The notes: generated by a model not told the origin, from the letters alone. A DNA stretch of 64,000 nt from Eledone cirrhosa (GCA_964016885.1 OZ024743.1:309008001-309072000); one strand, 5' to 3'; shown: positions 1-11,959, counted from the stretch's first letter. Translations and numbers: made by a program.

Positions 1-32
1 ATTTTTAAATAAAAATAAAAATAATAAAAATA

Positions 33-169
33 ATTGTTTCTACATTGGGCACAAGGCCAGCAATTACTGGTACTTTATTTGATCGACCCCATAAGGATGA
101 AAGGCAAAGTTAACCTCGGCGGGATTTGAACTCAGAATGGCAAGGGCGGTAACTCTATGCGTCAAAGCA
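33..169 (-). mobile_element. tRNA-derived SINE, family A (5'-truncated)
   Basis: Reverse strand has B-box-like GAGTTCAAATCC, core CTTTCATCCTT..GGGGTCGAT..AAAGTACCAG and tail TGGCCTTGTGCC..AGAAAC. Same family recurs at 32224, 33093, 45405 and 47131. Confidence 0.75.
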
Positions 170-303
170 AAAATAATAAAAATAATAATAATAATAATGC
201 TTTCTTTATTATCCACAAGGGTTTACACAAAGTAGACATTAAGGACAGTACAGGACAATACAGGACAATACAGGACGGTACAAAAGGGCATTTCTACGTG
301 TAA

Positions 304-2797
304 ATGATAGCTGGATCCGTCCTACACGCGACAGCAGGTGTTCGACATAAACTCACAAGTCAGCAATGCTCGGACTCTGGACGAGTGCGTGCAGGACGGT
401 TCGTCGCCCTGCGCGCATCTCTGACATGCCCGGCTGACGGCACCTCTATGCCTGTAGACTTTATCCCGAACTGGCAAAGCTCCTCGGTCGCACTGCCAGG
501 ACAGAATTTTGGAAATTGTCCATAGGCCCCGGCCCGAAAGTTCTTCCGAAGAGATTGGCTAGTTGATTTTCGTCGACGCCTAGAGTTTCCCAAAGTACGT
601 CGTCGCTCTTCCCCTCCACTAATCCTCTATAGAACGCCAAGGTGGAGTTTCCACCGATCACATTGCCCGATTGGTCGAGGGCTGGGAGCGCCTGAAGACA
701 TTCCAGTCTCCAAGCGCTTCCTCTCGGTCTTCGCTTGACCCAGGACTGCAGCTCCGTCAAGGAGACGAGCTGGGGAAAGACGCGTCTAGCAAACGGCGAC
801 CACACCTGATCACCGTCGAGGAAGAGGTGGAGATGTCGTAGCCTGAGCGCGTGTCGGCAAATCATCAGCCACGACATTCCCAGCCCTCCACGTAGCGGGT
901 GTTGACAGCAGATGGACCGCCTGACCATCGGAGCACGTCCCTTCCACAAAAAGCGGAAGAGCAAACACTCCAGCGCAGTCAGGCGGGGCTTAGGACAAGG
1001 TACGTCGGTCAGGCGGTAGTAGATGACGGACGCGATGTACGCGTTAGCCACCTGCGCTCGACCTTTCAGGGATATCTTCCTTTCCGCCCATTTCAGGGTG
1101 AGAGAAGCCAACCTGCTCATCACCTCGTCCCAGTTTTTTTCCGTCTGGAGGTCCGGACCGAACCAGACCCCTAGCAATTTAACCGGTCCGTCCGTCCAGC
1201 GCCCGACGACGCTGTTGGACGGCATGGACCTGCCTTTCCAGGTGCCGAGCTGCAGGCCCACTGACTTTTCCTGGTTGATCATTGCTCCTGTCACCGCTTC
1301 GTATTCTCTTAGTGTAGTGCCGATCGCCTCGATGTGTTTGGCGTTCGACACCACTCCCGTTTTGTTACCAGTTGCAGTACACGTCCGCCAAGAGGCCTCC
1401 GAACACGTCTGGCATCTGTACGTAAAGTTCATAGGGTAGACCACCCAAACCAGGCGATTTACCCCTTGTGCAGCCAGTCATTGCCTCCCGTACTTCAGCT
1501 GCTGTTATCGGCTTTTCGCACCACTCCGCCTCAGTGGCCGAGAGCCGCGGCAGTCCGTCGAGGTAGACACTTAAGTCAATCCCTTGATCCGGCCTGCCGC
1601 TTCCCCCGAACAGCTGTGCGAAGTGTCGCTGAAAAGCTTCACACATTTGCCCGGGATCGAGTAGCATACGCCCGTCGTGGTCCACCAAAGACATGATCGT
1701 GGCTTTGTTACCACGACGCGCCTCCGCCACTCGGGCCTATTGAACGGCTTTCGTCCCCTCGTGTCTGAGAGCACGCACCCTAGCTCTGACAACGCAGCCT
1801 TCGTACTTTGCATTGAAGAATTGGTCAAGGGCCAATTTCGCCGCAAGTACGTCGGTCGCAATGCCTTTGCTAAGCGCCTCGTCTAATTTTCTAACTAGTT
1901 CTCCCTCTGCTCTATTTTTCTCTATTGTTAAAGCCTTACTAAACCTAATGGACTCTATTCTAATCGCTCTTTTCAGAGCAAACCACCACTTGTTGTTGAC
2001 GATGGCCCCCGTTAACGCCCGCTTAACTAGTTCGCTAATCCGGTCTCTGTAGGGCTTGCACGCTGGTAAGGACGCGTTTAGCTTCCAGTAGCCGGGTGCT
2101 CGTCTATGAAGCCTATCTAAGTCAAGCACACAGATCACGAATTTGTGGTCCGTGTAACTGACTATTTTGAATTGTGGACAGCCTATGCTAGACCTATCTA
2201 TTTCCCTACAAAATACTCTATCTAGATATGATCTGGATGACCTGATACGGGAAATCCAATCGGTACCTGTCAGACAGTTCAAAACGCCTGAGCGGGTTGG
2301 TGAGGCTCTTGCACCCTCCTCCCCTATCCGCTAATCCCACACAGTCCCAGCGTGCATCTAATAGCCCGTTCCAGTCGCCCACTAACACTAAAGAGCGGGA
2401 CGTTCCAAGAAAGGTCTCCAGACGCCGGAAGAAATCAGGCCGCCCTGCTCCTGTCGGGGCATAGACGGCCATTAGCCTGAAAGCTTGCCAGTCTCCGCTC
2501 TCGTCACTCCAGCACCACCAACTTACCCTCTGGGTCCAGGAAGATTGCCCGTATGGCGAGATCCAAACCTCTCCGAAAAAGCACAGCAACTCCTCCCCCC
2601 GATCCACGACGGCTGGGAGATGCGTACACATCGTAGCCGCCGAAGATCGGTGTGAAGGCCCGTGCTTCGGAGATTCTAGTCTCGCTGATGGCCACTACAT
2701 CTATGTTTAGTGACCTGAGGTCGTTGAGCAGATGGCCCTGCTTCCATGACGACCCCAAGCCACGCGCATTTGTGCTGCCTATTCTGAGTGAGGTCAT
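304..2797 (-). pseudogene. Tx1-type ORF2 (APE endonuclease + RT), frameshifted, RT core deleted near 1350
   Basis: ORF fragments 2504-2797, 2218-2631, 1737-2282, 1365-1730 and 461-1444 are collinear with copy 2 ORF2. The FRPI..KAFDRV..YxD block present in copy 2 is absent. Confidence 0.85.
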
Positions 2798-2831
2798 GTT
2801 GAAATGGAGTGGAAAAGATGGGAAAGACCAC

Positions 2832-4632
2832 TTACCTTACTTCTCGTAGAGGAAGGATGGTTTCTCCATCCTTTTCACTGCTTCTGGCCTCCTCCGGAAG
2901 GATGTCCTTATAAATCCTCCTGGAGAGTGTTTGTCGGAAGTCTCCGATGTCTTTGGGGATTTTTGTTTTAGTGTCGTATACGTTTTCTGTGTGATGCGAG
3001 TGATTTGTATGTGTGGAGGTGGTGTGAACTTTTGGGTTGTTGTGTAGTCTTTTTCTGTGATACTGGTGTTGTGTTGGATGTAGTGTCATAATTGGTTGCT
3101 GTTCAAATTTATTGCTGTGTAGTGTGTATTGTTTTGGTTGTTTTGTTTTGTTTGCGTTTGTTGTGGGTTACTTTCTGTTTCGCTTTTTGGTGACTTTTGT
3201 GGTGTTGGTGATGGTGGTTTGGGGTTAATGTTGGTGATGGTGTTGGTGTTTGTGGTGATGGGGTTGGTGATGCTGGTGTGGATGGTGGCATAGCTGTCCT
3301 AACTTTTTCGTTTGATAGTTTATTTGTTTCCCTCTGTATTTTGTTTTTGGAGGGGGGAAGGAAGAGGATTTTTTCTATTTTGGTTTCTTTTCCTTTTTTT
3401 CTTTTTTCCTGATACCGTTTCCCACTCCTCGTTGTCACAATCTGTCTCCAGTTGCGATAAGCCGGGGAGTGGAAAATCCTCCACAGGCGTTGGTTTTGGT
3501 TGTGGCGTGGTGGATAGTGTAGGCGCTGGTGCTAGTTCTGGCGCGTAGGGTGGTGGTGGTGTTGGTTTTGCTACTGTTGCTGGGGTTGTTGCTGTTACAG
3601 TTGCTTCTGTTGTTGCTGCTACAGTTGTTGCTGCCATTTCTGCTGCTGGTGGTGTTGCTGGTTGAGTCACTGGGGTGGGTAAGAGAGGTGGCCTCAACCT
3701 TTTAGCTTGAGGGCAGAAAGCTCTTAGTTGGGTTCCTTCACCACAAACGACACACCTAGGCCTTCTGCCCTCGAAGATTACGGTGAGGTGGCTGCCGTCA
3801 GTGAGGTCTATTACCTCTGGGATCTCCTCAATGCTTTTTTGTTCCGCTTGGATCAGGAGCTCCATCCCAGATCCGGACCAGTTCTCCTGCTTTTCTTTCG
3901 CTATTTCGATTATCTTGGTGTTGGCCTCGATGCCGGCGAGGACGGCAACCATTAGCCAGGGAATTTCGATGGCGGGTGGAACGTGGGTCACCCTGATCTT
4001 CACGAGTCTCTGGCCACAATAGCCTGGGACGAGTGTGAAGTCGTCACTTCTTAATGGGGCAATGGAGTGTTCTCTGGCCTCCTGTGGTGTTCCAAAGAAC
4101 TCGTCCACGGTTCCATATTTCTGCCCACGTCTGATGTGGCTTTTTTTGCCCACACATGTCCCAAAGCTTTCTGGATTTGGGACTCGGATGCCCGTTCCAC
4201 TCGGCGCGATTTTATGTTAATCGTCCGATAAGACACGGTGCATAGGCGTCGATGCCCCATTTTATTAGGTGGAGGGGGGCGGGGGCTGAGGCTGACCCTG
4301 TACCCATCTTTCTTTACCATTCTTTTGGCTTCTTCTAATTCCTCTTGAGTTACCTGGATTGCTTCGCACTTTTTTGCTACTCTGGCAAAAGACAGGGTGG
4401 TTTTCTTATTCGCATTGTTGTTGTTAGTGTTGTTCTTATCGTCATTTTTGTTATTGTTAATTTTAGTTTCAGTTGTGGTGGTGGTGGCGTCAGTGGTGTT
4501 CAGTGTGGAAGAGTTCATTTTGGGTGAATCCATTTCGATGTCACGAGATAATTTCTTTCTTTCTTTTGTTTCTGTTGTCGCTGTGGTGGTGGTGGTGGTG
4601 ATGGGGGTGGCGGCTTCAACACCTGCAGTCAT
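2832..4632 (-). pseudogene. Tx1-type ORF1 (low-complexity ends, C-x2-C knuckle), frameshifted
   Basis: ORFs 4051-4893, 3320-4153 (EGRRPRCVVCGE), 3109-3438 and 2832-3089 lie directly upstream of ORF2 and are homologous to ORF1 of copies 2 and 3. Confidence 0.7.
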
Positions 4633-5016
4633 TGGTAATGGCGGGAAATGAATGTCTGCATGAGACACATTTAAAATATTGCTACTGCTTATATTTTTAG
4701 TGTTGGCAAACGTAGTAATATTTACAATGGTGGTGTCGGTGTGAGGTGTTAGTTTGTGAGGAAGGTGTGACTCTGAGTCGTGAATGATTTTTTTTAAAGA
4801 AAAAATTTTGTTTGATAAATATAAAAGTTTAAATTTTGGGCTCAAGGCCCCAATCTTTTTGAGTGTCCTTTTCAGAAAACAATGTATGTGCACTTATATA
4901 CAGTTAACAAGAAAAATTTTCCATAAATGGCAATTTTAAACAACTGAAAATAACAAACTTTGCGGAGCTCACGATAATACGATTTACTATGTAGGTCGTC
5001 AATAATAATAATAATA

Positions 5017-5053
<37 letters not shown>

Positions 5054-5055
<2 letters not shown>

Positions 5056-5489
5056 GCCAGAGGCGGTGATAGAAAACGATCAGGTGAAGGTGCTGTGGGA
5101 TTTTAGGATACAGACGGACAAGAAACTGGAACACAATAGACCTGACCTGGTGGTTGTGGACAAAGAAAAAAGATCGTGCCTGATTGTGGATGTGGCCTGC
5201 CCATTCGACACGAGAGTGCAAGAGAAGGAGAGGGAGAAAATTAACCGATACCAGGACTTAAAGTGGGAGGTAAAAAGGATTTGGAACTGCCATGAAGTCA
5301 AAGTGATCCCGATTGTCATAGGCGCACTAGGGACTATCTCAAAAAGTTTCCAGGGATGGTTAAAGAAAATTGGCCCCTTCACGCTTTTTGGAACGCTTCA
5401 AAAGGCATGCTTGCTGGGAACAGCAAGAACCCTCCGATACGTCCTGAATATCTGAGTTAACTAACATCAATGACTGAGACTCAAAGAAC
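5054..5489 (+). mobile_element. 5'-truncated R4/Dong-clade element, family 2 (RLE domain + 3' UTR)
   Basis: VLWDF..HNRPDL..IVDVACP..EKINRYQDL..PIVIGALG; nearly identical to 55385-55863. Flanked on both sides by (TAA)n. Confidence 0.9.
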
Positions 5490-5494
5490 AATAA

Positions 5495-6060
5495 TAAATG
5501 ACCAAACGCACGTTATAATCAAATGCACAAAAAAACTAAATATATATATATATATACACACACATATATATATGTGTACATACACACACATACATATATA
5601 TACATATACACACACACATATACACACACACATACACATACATATAAATATATAAGCACACCCCATACATATAAATACAGCACAGACACAAAAGAGTATA
5701 TACATACAAATACATATACACGCACATATAAATGCATACAACCACATACACACATATAGTATAAACATTTCTTAAAGATAAAAACATAAATATAAAAACT
5801 ATAAAGTTACAACCATACGCATAAGTACGTACACACACACGCACATACACACACACACATACACACACACACATATATATATATATACATATACACACAC
5901 ACATATATATATGTAAATACATATACATATATATATACACACATATACACATCTACACACATACACACACACACATATATATATATACACGCAAACACAT
6001 ACACACACATATATATATACACACATACATACATACGCACACATACACACATATATATTT
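5495..6060 (+). repeat. Dispersed CA/TA-rich repeat starting ATGACCAAACGCACGT
   Basis: Unique anchors (AAATGCACAAAAAAACTAAA, CACAGACACAAAAGAG, CAACCACATAC) recur at 12006-12352 (+) and about 13270-13900 (-). Confidence 0.75.
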
Positions 6061-6472
6061 ACAATATATTAACAAATGGAAACTATATTTATAAAACCAT
6101 ATTTATTTTATTATACATATTTCAAGGGCCACCAAGGCAAATTATGGTTCGCTTTCATCACATAAAATACAATACAGATTAGATTTATAAATAAATATTG
6201 ACATGCCCTGAAAAAAGACAACCTTAACGGTTGGAACTTCCTGGATGTCCTTCCCTGATATAAATAAATATTGACATACCCTGAAAAAAGACAACCTTAA
6301 CTGTTGGAGCTTTCATTTTAGCTGAGTACCTCTGAAATATGTATAATAAAATATACTTGATCACACGAATGTCTATTTTTGTTAATATTTTGAATTAATA
6401 TTAATAACTCCGGTAAACCATTTCTGTTGAGTGCTTCCAATCTATTATAAAACTCATTCTTTGTTTAACCTT

Positions 6473-6542
<70 letters not shown>

Positions 6543-6596
6543 AACAAGTAAAACCCCGACGGCTGAGATCAAGCCGTTTCGACGGATAATACATGC

Positions 6597-6921
6597 AGTG
6601 TATTGCAAAATACACTATATATACATTAATATATATATCGCTATTTCAGAGCACTAATTCTAATTTTCAATTTCTGCTTGACCGGCAACCGCTCTGTATA
6701 ATCAGTTCCTTATTATTACTAGAAATTCTATAAGAATCAAACATTCATGATTTTCAACAAACAGGTGGAGTACTTGGCTTTGATAAGTACCAATCAGTAC
6801 CAAACACAGCTCTGTCAGCTTTATCTCCCATGTTTGCTGAAAATTAAAAGTAAGTGAGACTGACACTACTCTAAAACAATAGCGTAAGGTCTTCGAAATG
6901 CTTTTAATTAAGCATACAGTG
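6597..6921 (+). repeat. ~325-bp repeat unit shared with 34775-35127
   Basis: GCTATTTCAGAGC..CTTGACCGGCAACCGCTCTG..GCATACAGTGT aligns, circularly permuted, with the 34775-35127 region. Confidence 0.8.
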
Positions 6922-6924
6922 TTG

Positions 6925-8004
6925 TTATAAGGCACAAATATTCAAATATTCAACTTTGTATTGTACATTCAAAAAAGAAAATGGCTATAAATGGAAGAAT
7001 AAACCCCCCCCCTTCTCTGTCTACACTATATAGAACAGCCAAACAACACCAATCTCACCAACACCAGAAACTAGATACACCACCTACCCCATCACCTCTC
7101 TGTGTACACTAAACACAACAGCCAGATAACGGCAATTTCACCACCACCACAACCAATCTCAACATAATAATGATAATAATAAATACTATTATTATTGTCC
7201 CAAGTTTTAACAAAATGGTTAATCCCATCATTAAGGGAATTTAGGTCATATACGCGACTAACCCCATAGATCCTCTGTCTACACTATATAGAACAGCCAA
7301 ATAACAGCAATTTCACCAACACCAGAAACTTGATACACCACCTATCCCATCACACTAAATATAACAGCCAGATAACGGCAATTTCACCAGCATCATAATA
7401 ATAATTACTATTATTATTGTCTCAAATTTAAAAAAAATGTTTAATTCCAATTTTACGGGAATATGTCAACACAAAATATAATAAAAATATATATTAAACA
7501 TACGAACACAAACTCATAGATACTACATATCAGTAACCACAACACCACCGCTGCAACCACCCCACCCCACCCCACCCCATCCATCATTGCTACCACTATC
7601 CCATCGTCGCCGCCACCACTCCTTCAATGCTACCACCACTATTCCCCTGTTAACTTGAGAAAGAAAGGGGAATAGACAAGGGAGAGGCTAGCAAAAGATA
7701 TAAATAGATTGACTTAGTGACCTGGCCACCGGCCAAACGTCAACATCAACAACTATGGGACTGTTGGCTCACCCCTTCTTCACCAACAATATAAAAAGCC
7801 CCGGCACCACCACCGACATAGCCAACAACAATAACAGCCAACTACAACAAAAAGTATATTATATTATTGTAATGCACTGGGTGATTGCTGGCCTTGTGCC
7901 TGGAGTGGAGACAATTATTAATAATTTCATTCTTAAGCCACGCAATGCTCACATTAAGGAACCACTCATGATAATAACAATTTAAAAAAACAACAAAAAG
8001 AAAA
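6925..8004 (+). repeat. CA/CCA-rich leader upstream of Dong family 1 (homologous to 55942-56923, partly to 47959-48545)
   Basis: Shared blocks such as CTCTGTCTACACTATA and GGAGAGGCTAGCAAAAGATATAAATAGA..CTTAGTGACC. Confidence 0.7.
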
Positions 8005-11000
8005 CCCCGTGACCAAGAAATACCGGGATGGCGGCCGGCGGGGAATAGCCGTGTCTCTAGGGGAGAACGACCCCTCTAGTCTTAGTTGACACTCGTTCTA
8101 GAAGTGGTAACACGAAATGATTACCCCTTGGCGGATAAGGATAAAACGCGACAAAATAAAGTAAATGTCTAATGATAAAATCTCATACCGGATCGGCCGT
8201 CACCCGGGTAAAAAAAAGCCGCGTCCCTCAGAGAGTAACCAGACTGGGGTCGAAATATCAGCTAATGGTTCAAACCTTCCCATCACTTCGGACATGGAGA
8301 CCTCCCATAACCGGAATACTCCTACTGTTGGCCCTCCATGCTCACCACCAAGAAATCCAAAGAAAACGAGAGAAAAATGGTCAAGGGAAGATAATAAAGA
8401 AATCCTTGAGGCTTTCTACACTGCCATGTACTACCCATCAAATACATCGAATACAGAACAGACATATATCAACTGGAAAAAGAAACATCCCGAAAACAGA
8501 GGCTATATTGACAGTAACAAACTAGCCAATATACGAAGAAATATTGTAAGAAAAAAGTTACTAAATGATATAGAAATTGATCAGATCAAGCTATTAGCAC
8601 AAAGTCAGCGAAGGGAAAATGAAACATGTGTCAGTGAAAACGAGGTAAACTGTAACACTTCGAATCCCAGGGTTGGGGCGGAATCACTGGCAACAGAACA
8701 AATTAAAGAAAGGATCGAAAAAGTGGAGGGAGTGCATGCTCAGGATGAAACTCCAAATGAAAATAATGAGATCGTAAATGATAAAGAAATGAATGAGAAT
8801 GAACTTGCCAACTTGAAGGATGAAATTATGATCGAATGGATGAAAATGAAAGAATCTGACATGGGGAAACGAGACACCCTCCCTAAGATCCAGAACTCCA
8901 AACAGAACCAAAAGATAATACACAAGACTAACATAATTCTCAAAAACATTATCATCACAAACAAACTAAACATTACAGATTTAAATCATCTCTATTATGC
9001 ATCGGCTAAAGTCACCACTCACTTATGTGGAGTGAAGATGAAAAAACAAAGGAATTCCCACAAGAAATCTACTTGGCAAGAGAACATCAATCGCCAAATA
9101 AACCTTCTCCGATCTGACATAGAAATTTTAACAAACTATAAAGTAGGTGAACATGTTAAACAAACTAAACTTAGAAAATTGAAAAAAAAGTACAGTATAA
9201 AATCAACATGTGACATAGACATGCTGATAGAAATAATCAAGCAAAAAGTGTCGGCCAAAGCTGCTCGTATAAGGCGCTTTGAAAAACGATCTAGATTCTA
9301 TAAGGACAATAATATGTTCAAAAACAACCAAAGAAACTTCTACAGAAAAATTGGTAAGTCAACAATAACTGCTAAATCAATACCACCCAAGGAGGAAGTG
9401 CAAGAATTCTGGGAAAAGATCTGGGCCGAAGAAAAAGTTCATAACATACATGCCTCATGGATAGACAGACAAATGAAAGATACAGCTCACCCTGAGGAAC
9501 AAACATGGGAAAATATAACAGTTGAACAGTTGCGCTTGGCTCTAAGAAAAACCAGCAAATGGAAATCCCCAGGAAAAGACAAAATACAAAACTTTTGGAT
9601 AAATGCCTTCACAGTGTCTCATGAGCTGTTAGCCCAACTTTACAATGAAATAGTTAAGGAGCCAGAAAAGATACCATCATGGCTAGTTAACGGCATTACA
9701 TTCCTGCTTCCGAAGAATGATGAGACAAACAATCCCCAAAATTACAGACCGATAACTTGCTTGACCACAATGTATAAAATTTTAACATCAGTCCTAACTG
9801 AATACACATATGACCACCTGATAACAAATGACCTATTTCCCATTGAGCAGAAAGGGTGTAAACGAGGCTCATATGGCTGTAAGGATCAGCTTCTGGTTAA
9901 CAAAATGATACTGGAAGATTGTCATAATAGACACAAAAATCTATCGATTGCTTGGATAGATTATAAAAAAGCATTCGATAGTTTGCCACACAGTTGGATT
10001 GAAAAATGTTTAGAGATTTTCAAAATATCCCCCGTTGTCAGGAGGTTTTTGTCATTCAGTATGAAGACATGGAAAACGACACTCCTTTTGAATAGTGAAA
10101 CAAAATCACTGGAAGCTGGAGAAGTTAATATTAATTGTGGAATTTTTCAGGGTGACTCTTTATCACCGCTTTTATTCTGCATCGCACTTATACCATTAAG
10201 TAAAATGCTCAATGAAACAAAACATGGATATAAAGTCTATGACAAAACCATTAATCACCTGTTCTACATGGATGACCTGAAACTATTTGCAAAAAATGAT
10301 GAACAATTGCAAGGGATATTATCCACTGTGAAGCAGTTCAGTGATGACATTAAAATGGAGTTTGGACTAGATAAATGCGCCAAAGCAACGTTCACCAGAG
10401 GAAAGCTGCTGAAGAGTTCAGACATTAATCTTGATCGGGGGAACGTGATAAGAGAACTTGATCAAGAAAAAACTTACAAATATCTAGGTGTTTGTGAAGG
10501 AGACGGAATCAAGCACTCGACAATGAGGGAAAGGATAAGGAAGGAATGTTACCGCAGAGTAAGAGCAATCTTAAGAACGGAATTGAATGCAAGGAATAGG
10601 ATCTATGCCATAAACACGCTTGCCAGACCAGTAGTAACCTACAGTTACAATGTCATCAACTGGTCAAGCACAGAGATCCGTAGGCTCGATACAAAAATTC
10701 GAAAATTCTTAACCATGCACAGAATGCATCACCCTAAGGCAGATATAGATAGAATATATCTCCCTAGGAAAGAAGGAGGACGTGGGTTAATCCAGTTATA
10801 CATTGCGTTGAAAACTGCAACAATTGGATTATCTACATATCTAAGGGAATCACATGATTGGATGATCAAACTCGTTTTGAAACACGAAAGCATCAAAAGA
10901 TCATATCCCATTACAAAAGATGCACAAAAATACAGTAATGGACTACAAATTTCAGAAGTCCCATTTACTGCTGAAATGGAAAACACAGAAAAAGCAAAGC

Positions 11001-11958
11001 AGGTAAAAGTAACTGCAAAGAAAGAACTGCTACAGAAACTGGCTAAGAAATGGCAAGAAAAGCCTCTGTATGGAAAATACCCAGAGCGAGCTAACAATCC
11101 TGATGTTGACAAAACTTTAACCCATCAGTGGTTGGCATCCTCTGGACTGAAATCGGAGACTGAAGGACTGATTATATCGGCACAAGATCAGTGTCTGCCA
11201 ACAAAAAATTACCAAGCCAACATAATAAAAAATGGGTGCAGCCCATTATGCCGTGTATGCAAAAAACAACCAGAGACCATTGACCATATAATTTCAATGT
11301 GCAGTCCTATAGCTCCAACCGAATACCTAAACAGGCATGACAGAGCTGCACAATACATACATTGGATAATGTGTAAGCATTTTGACCTGCCCCATCAAAA
11401 GAATTGGTGGGAGCATCAACCACCTCCCATACTTGAAAAAGATCACATCTCAATCTTGTGGAACTTTAGCATTCAAACAGACCGAAAAATACATGCAAAC
11501 AGACATGATATGATATTGAAAGACTTTCAAAAGAGGGTATGCCTGCTAATTGATATGTCTGTTCCAATAGACAAGAATGTATCTATAAAAACATTTGAAA
11601 AATTGAGCAAGTATAAGGACCTGGAGATAGAAATTGGAAAAATGTGGAAATTGAGAACTAAAATAATACCAGTGGTTGTAGGCGCTCTGGGAATGATACC
11701 TAAGGGGTCTAATGATTACATATCGCAAATCCCAGGAAACCCGCGTATAGGAGAAATACAAAAGATAGTACTAATGGGAACTGCCCATATACTAAGGAAG
11801 ATTCTGTCAATATAAGTACATCACAAGTCTAAACACTAAAGATGCATGTGTGAATATGTATGTTCTTTCTTGAACATGGCGGACCTTGTTGTCTCTTGAG
11901 GTCACTGGTTGTGACTTGGTGATAACTCGTATGAACATAAAGCAAGATAAATGCAGCT

Positions 11959-11959
<1 letters not shown>
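8005..11959 (+). mobile_element. R4/Dong-clade non-LTR retrotransposon, family 1, apparently full length
   Basis: Single ORF RT-CCHC-RLE, short 3' UTR, followed by (TAA)n 11960-12007. The 5' boundary is uncertain (8005 or further upstream). Confidence 0.9.
8165..11815 (+). CDS. Reverse transcriptase with CCHC finger and restriction-like endonuclease (1216 aa, intact)
   Basis: WKSPGKD, NYRPITCL, WIDYKKAFDS, GIFQGDSLSP, YMDD, YKYLG, CRVC-x-H-x-C, RHD, NR(H)D..LID, K..KYKDL. Confidence 0.95.
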   Translation: MSNDKISYRIGRHPGKKKPRPSESNQTGVEISANGSNLPITSDMETSHNRNTPTVGPPCSPPRNPKKTREKWSREDNKEILEAFYTAMYYPSNTSNTEQTYINWKKKHPENRGYIDSNKLANIRRNIVRKKLLNDIEIDQIKLLAQSQRRENETCVSENEVNCNTSNPRVGAESLATEQIKERIEKVEGVHAQDETPNENNEIVNDKEMNENELANLKDEIMIEWMKMKESDMGKRDTLPKIQNSKQNQKIIHKTNIILKNIIITNKLNITDLNHLYYASAKVTTHLCGVKMKKQRNSHKKSTWQENINRQINLLRSDIEILTNYKVGEHVKQTKLRKLKKKYSIKSTCDIDMLIEIIKQKVSAKAARIRRFEKRSRFYKDNNMFKNNQRNFYRKIGKSTITAKSIPPKEEVQEFWEKIWAEEKVHNIHASWIDRQMKDTAHPEEQTWENITVEQLRLALRKTSKWKSPGKDKIQNFWINAFTVSHELLAQLYNEIVKEPEKIPSWLVNGITFLLPKNDETNNPQNYRPITCLTTMYKILTSVLTEYTYDHLITNDLFPIEQKGCKRGSYGCKDQLLVNKMILEDCHNRHKNLSIAWIDYKKAFDSLPHSWIEKCLEIFKISPVVRRFLSFSMKTWKTTLLLNSETKSLEAGEVNINCGIFQGDSLSPLLFCIALIPLSKMLNETKHGYKVYDKTINHLFYMDDLKLFAKNDEQLQGILSTVKQFSDDIKMEFGLDKCAKATFTRGKLLKSSDINLDRGNVIRELDQEKTYKYLGVCEGDGIKHSTMRERIRKECYRRVRAILRTELNARNRIYAINTLARPVVTYSYNVINWSSTEIRRLDTKIRKFLTMHRMHHPKADIDRIYLPRKEGGRGLIQLYIALKTATIGLSTYLRESHDWMIKLVLKHESIKRSYPITKDAQKYSNGLQISEVPFTAEMENTEKAKQVKVTAKKELLQKLAKKWQEKPLYGKYPERANNPDVDKTLTHQWLASSGLKSETEGLIISAQDQCLPTKNYQANIIKNGCSPLCRVCKKQPETIDHIISMCSPIAPTEYLNRHDRAAQYIHWIMCKHFDLPHQKNWWEHQPPPILEKDHISILWNFSIQTDRKIHANRHDMILKDFQKRVCLLIDMSVPIDKNVSIKTFEKLSKYKDLEIEIGKMWKLRTKIIPVVVGALGMIPKGSNDYISQIPGNPRIGEIQKIVLMGTAHILRKILSI

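Larger units (their letters stand above)
199..5000 (-). mobile_element. Tx1/L1-clade non-LTR retrotransposon copy 1 (degenerate, internally deleted)
   Basis: ORF1 plus ORF2 with APE motifs (STNARGL, ISETR, GDWN, SYLDR, YTDH, YWKLN). RT start (KSPGLGGLPYE) jumps to the post-YADD region (INQEKS, LLGVWF, GGLG). 3' end AATAAA followed by (TTA)n; 5' end preceded by (TTA)n. Confidence 0.9.

Noticed and set aside
5470-6052. Many [12 protein letters not shown] ORFs here and at 11.8-14, 19.9-23.8 and 43.6-46.4 kb
   Set aside because: Translations of (TA)n/(CA)n microsatellites, which lack stop codons; no coding signal.
6188-6315. ~70-bp tandem duplication with CCTGAAAAAAG..CAACC/GGTTG..GAAC
   Set aside because: Only loosely hammerhead-like; the core is incomplete.
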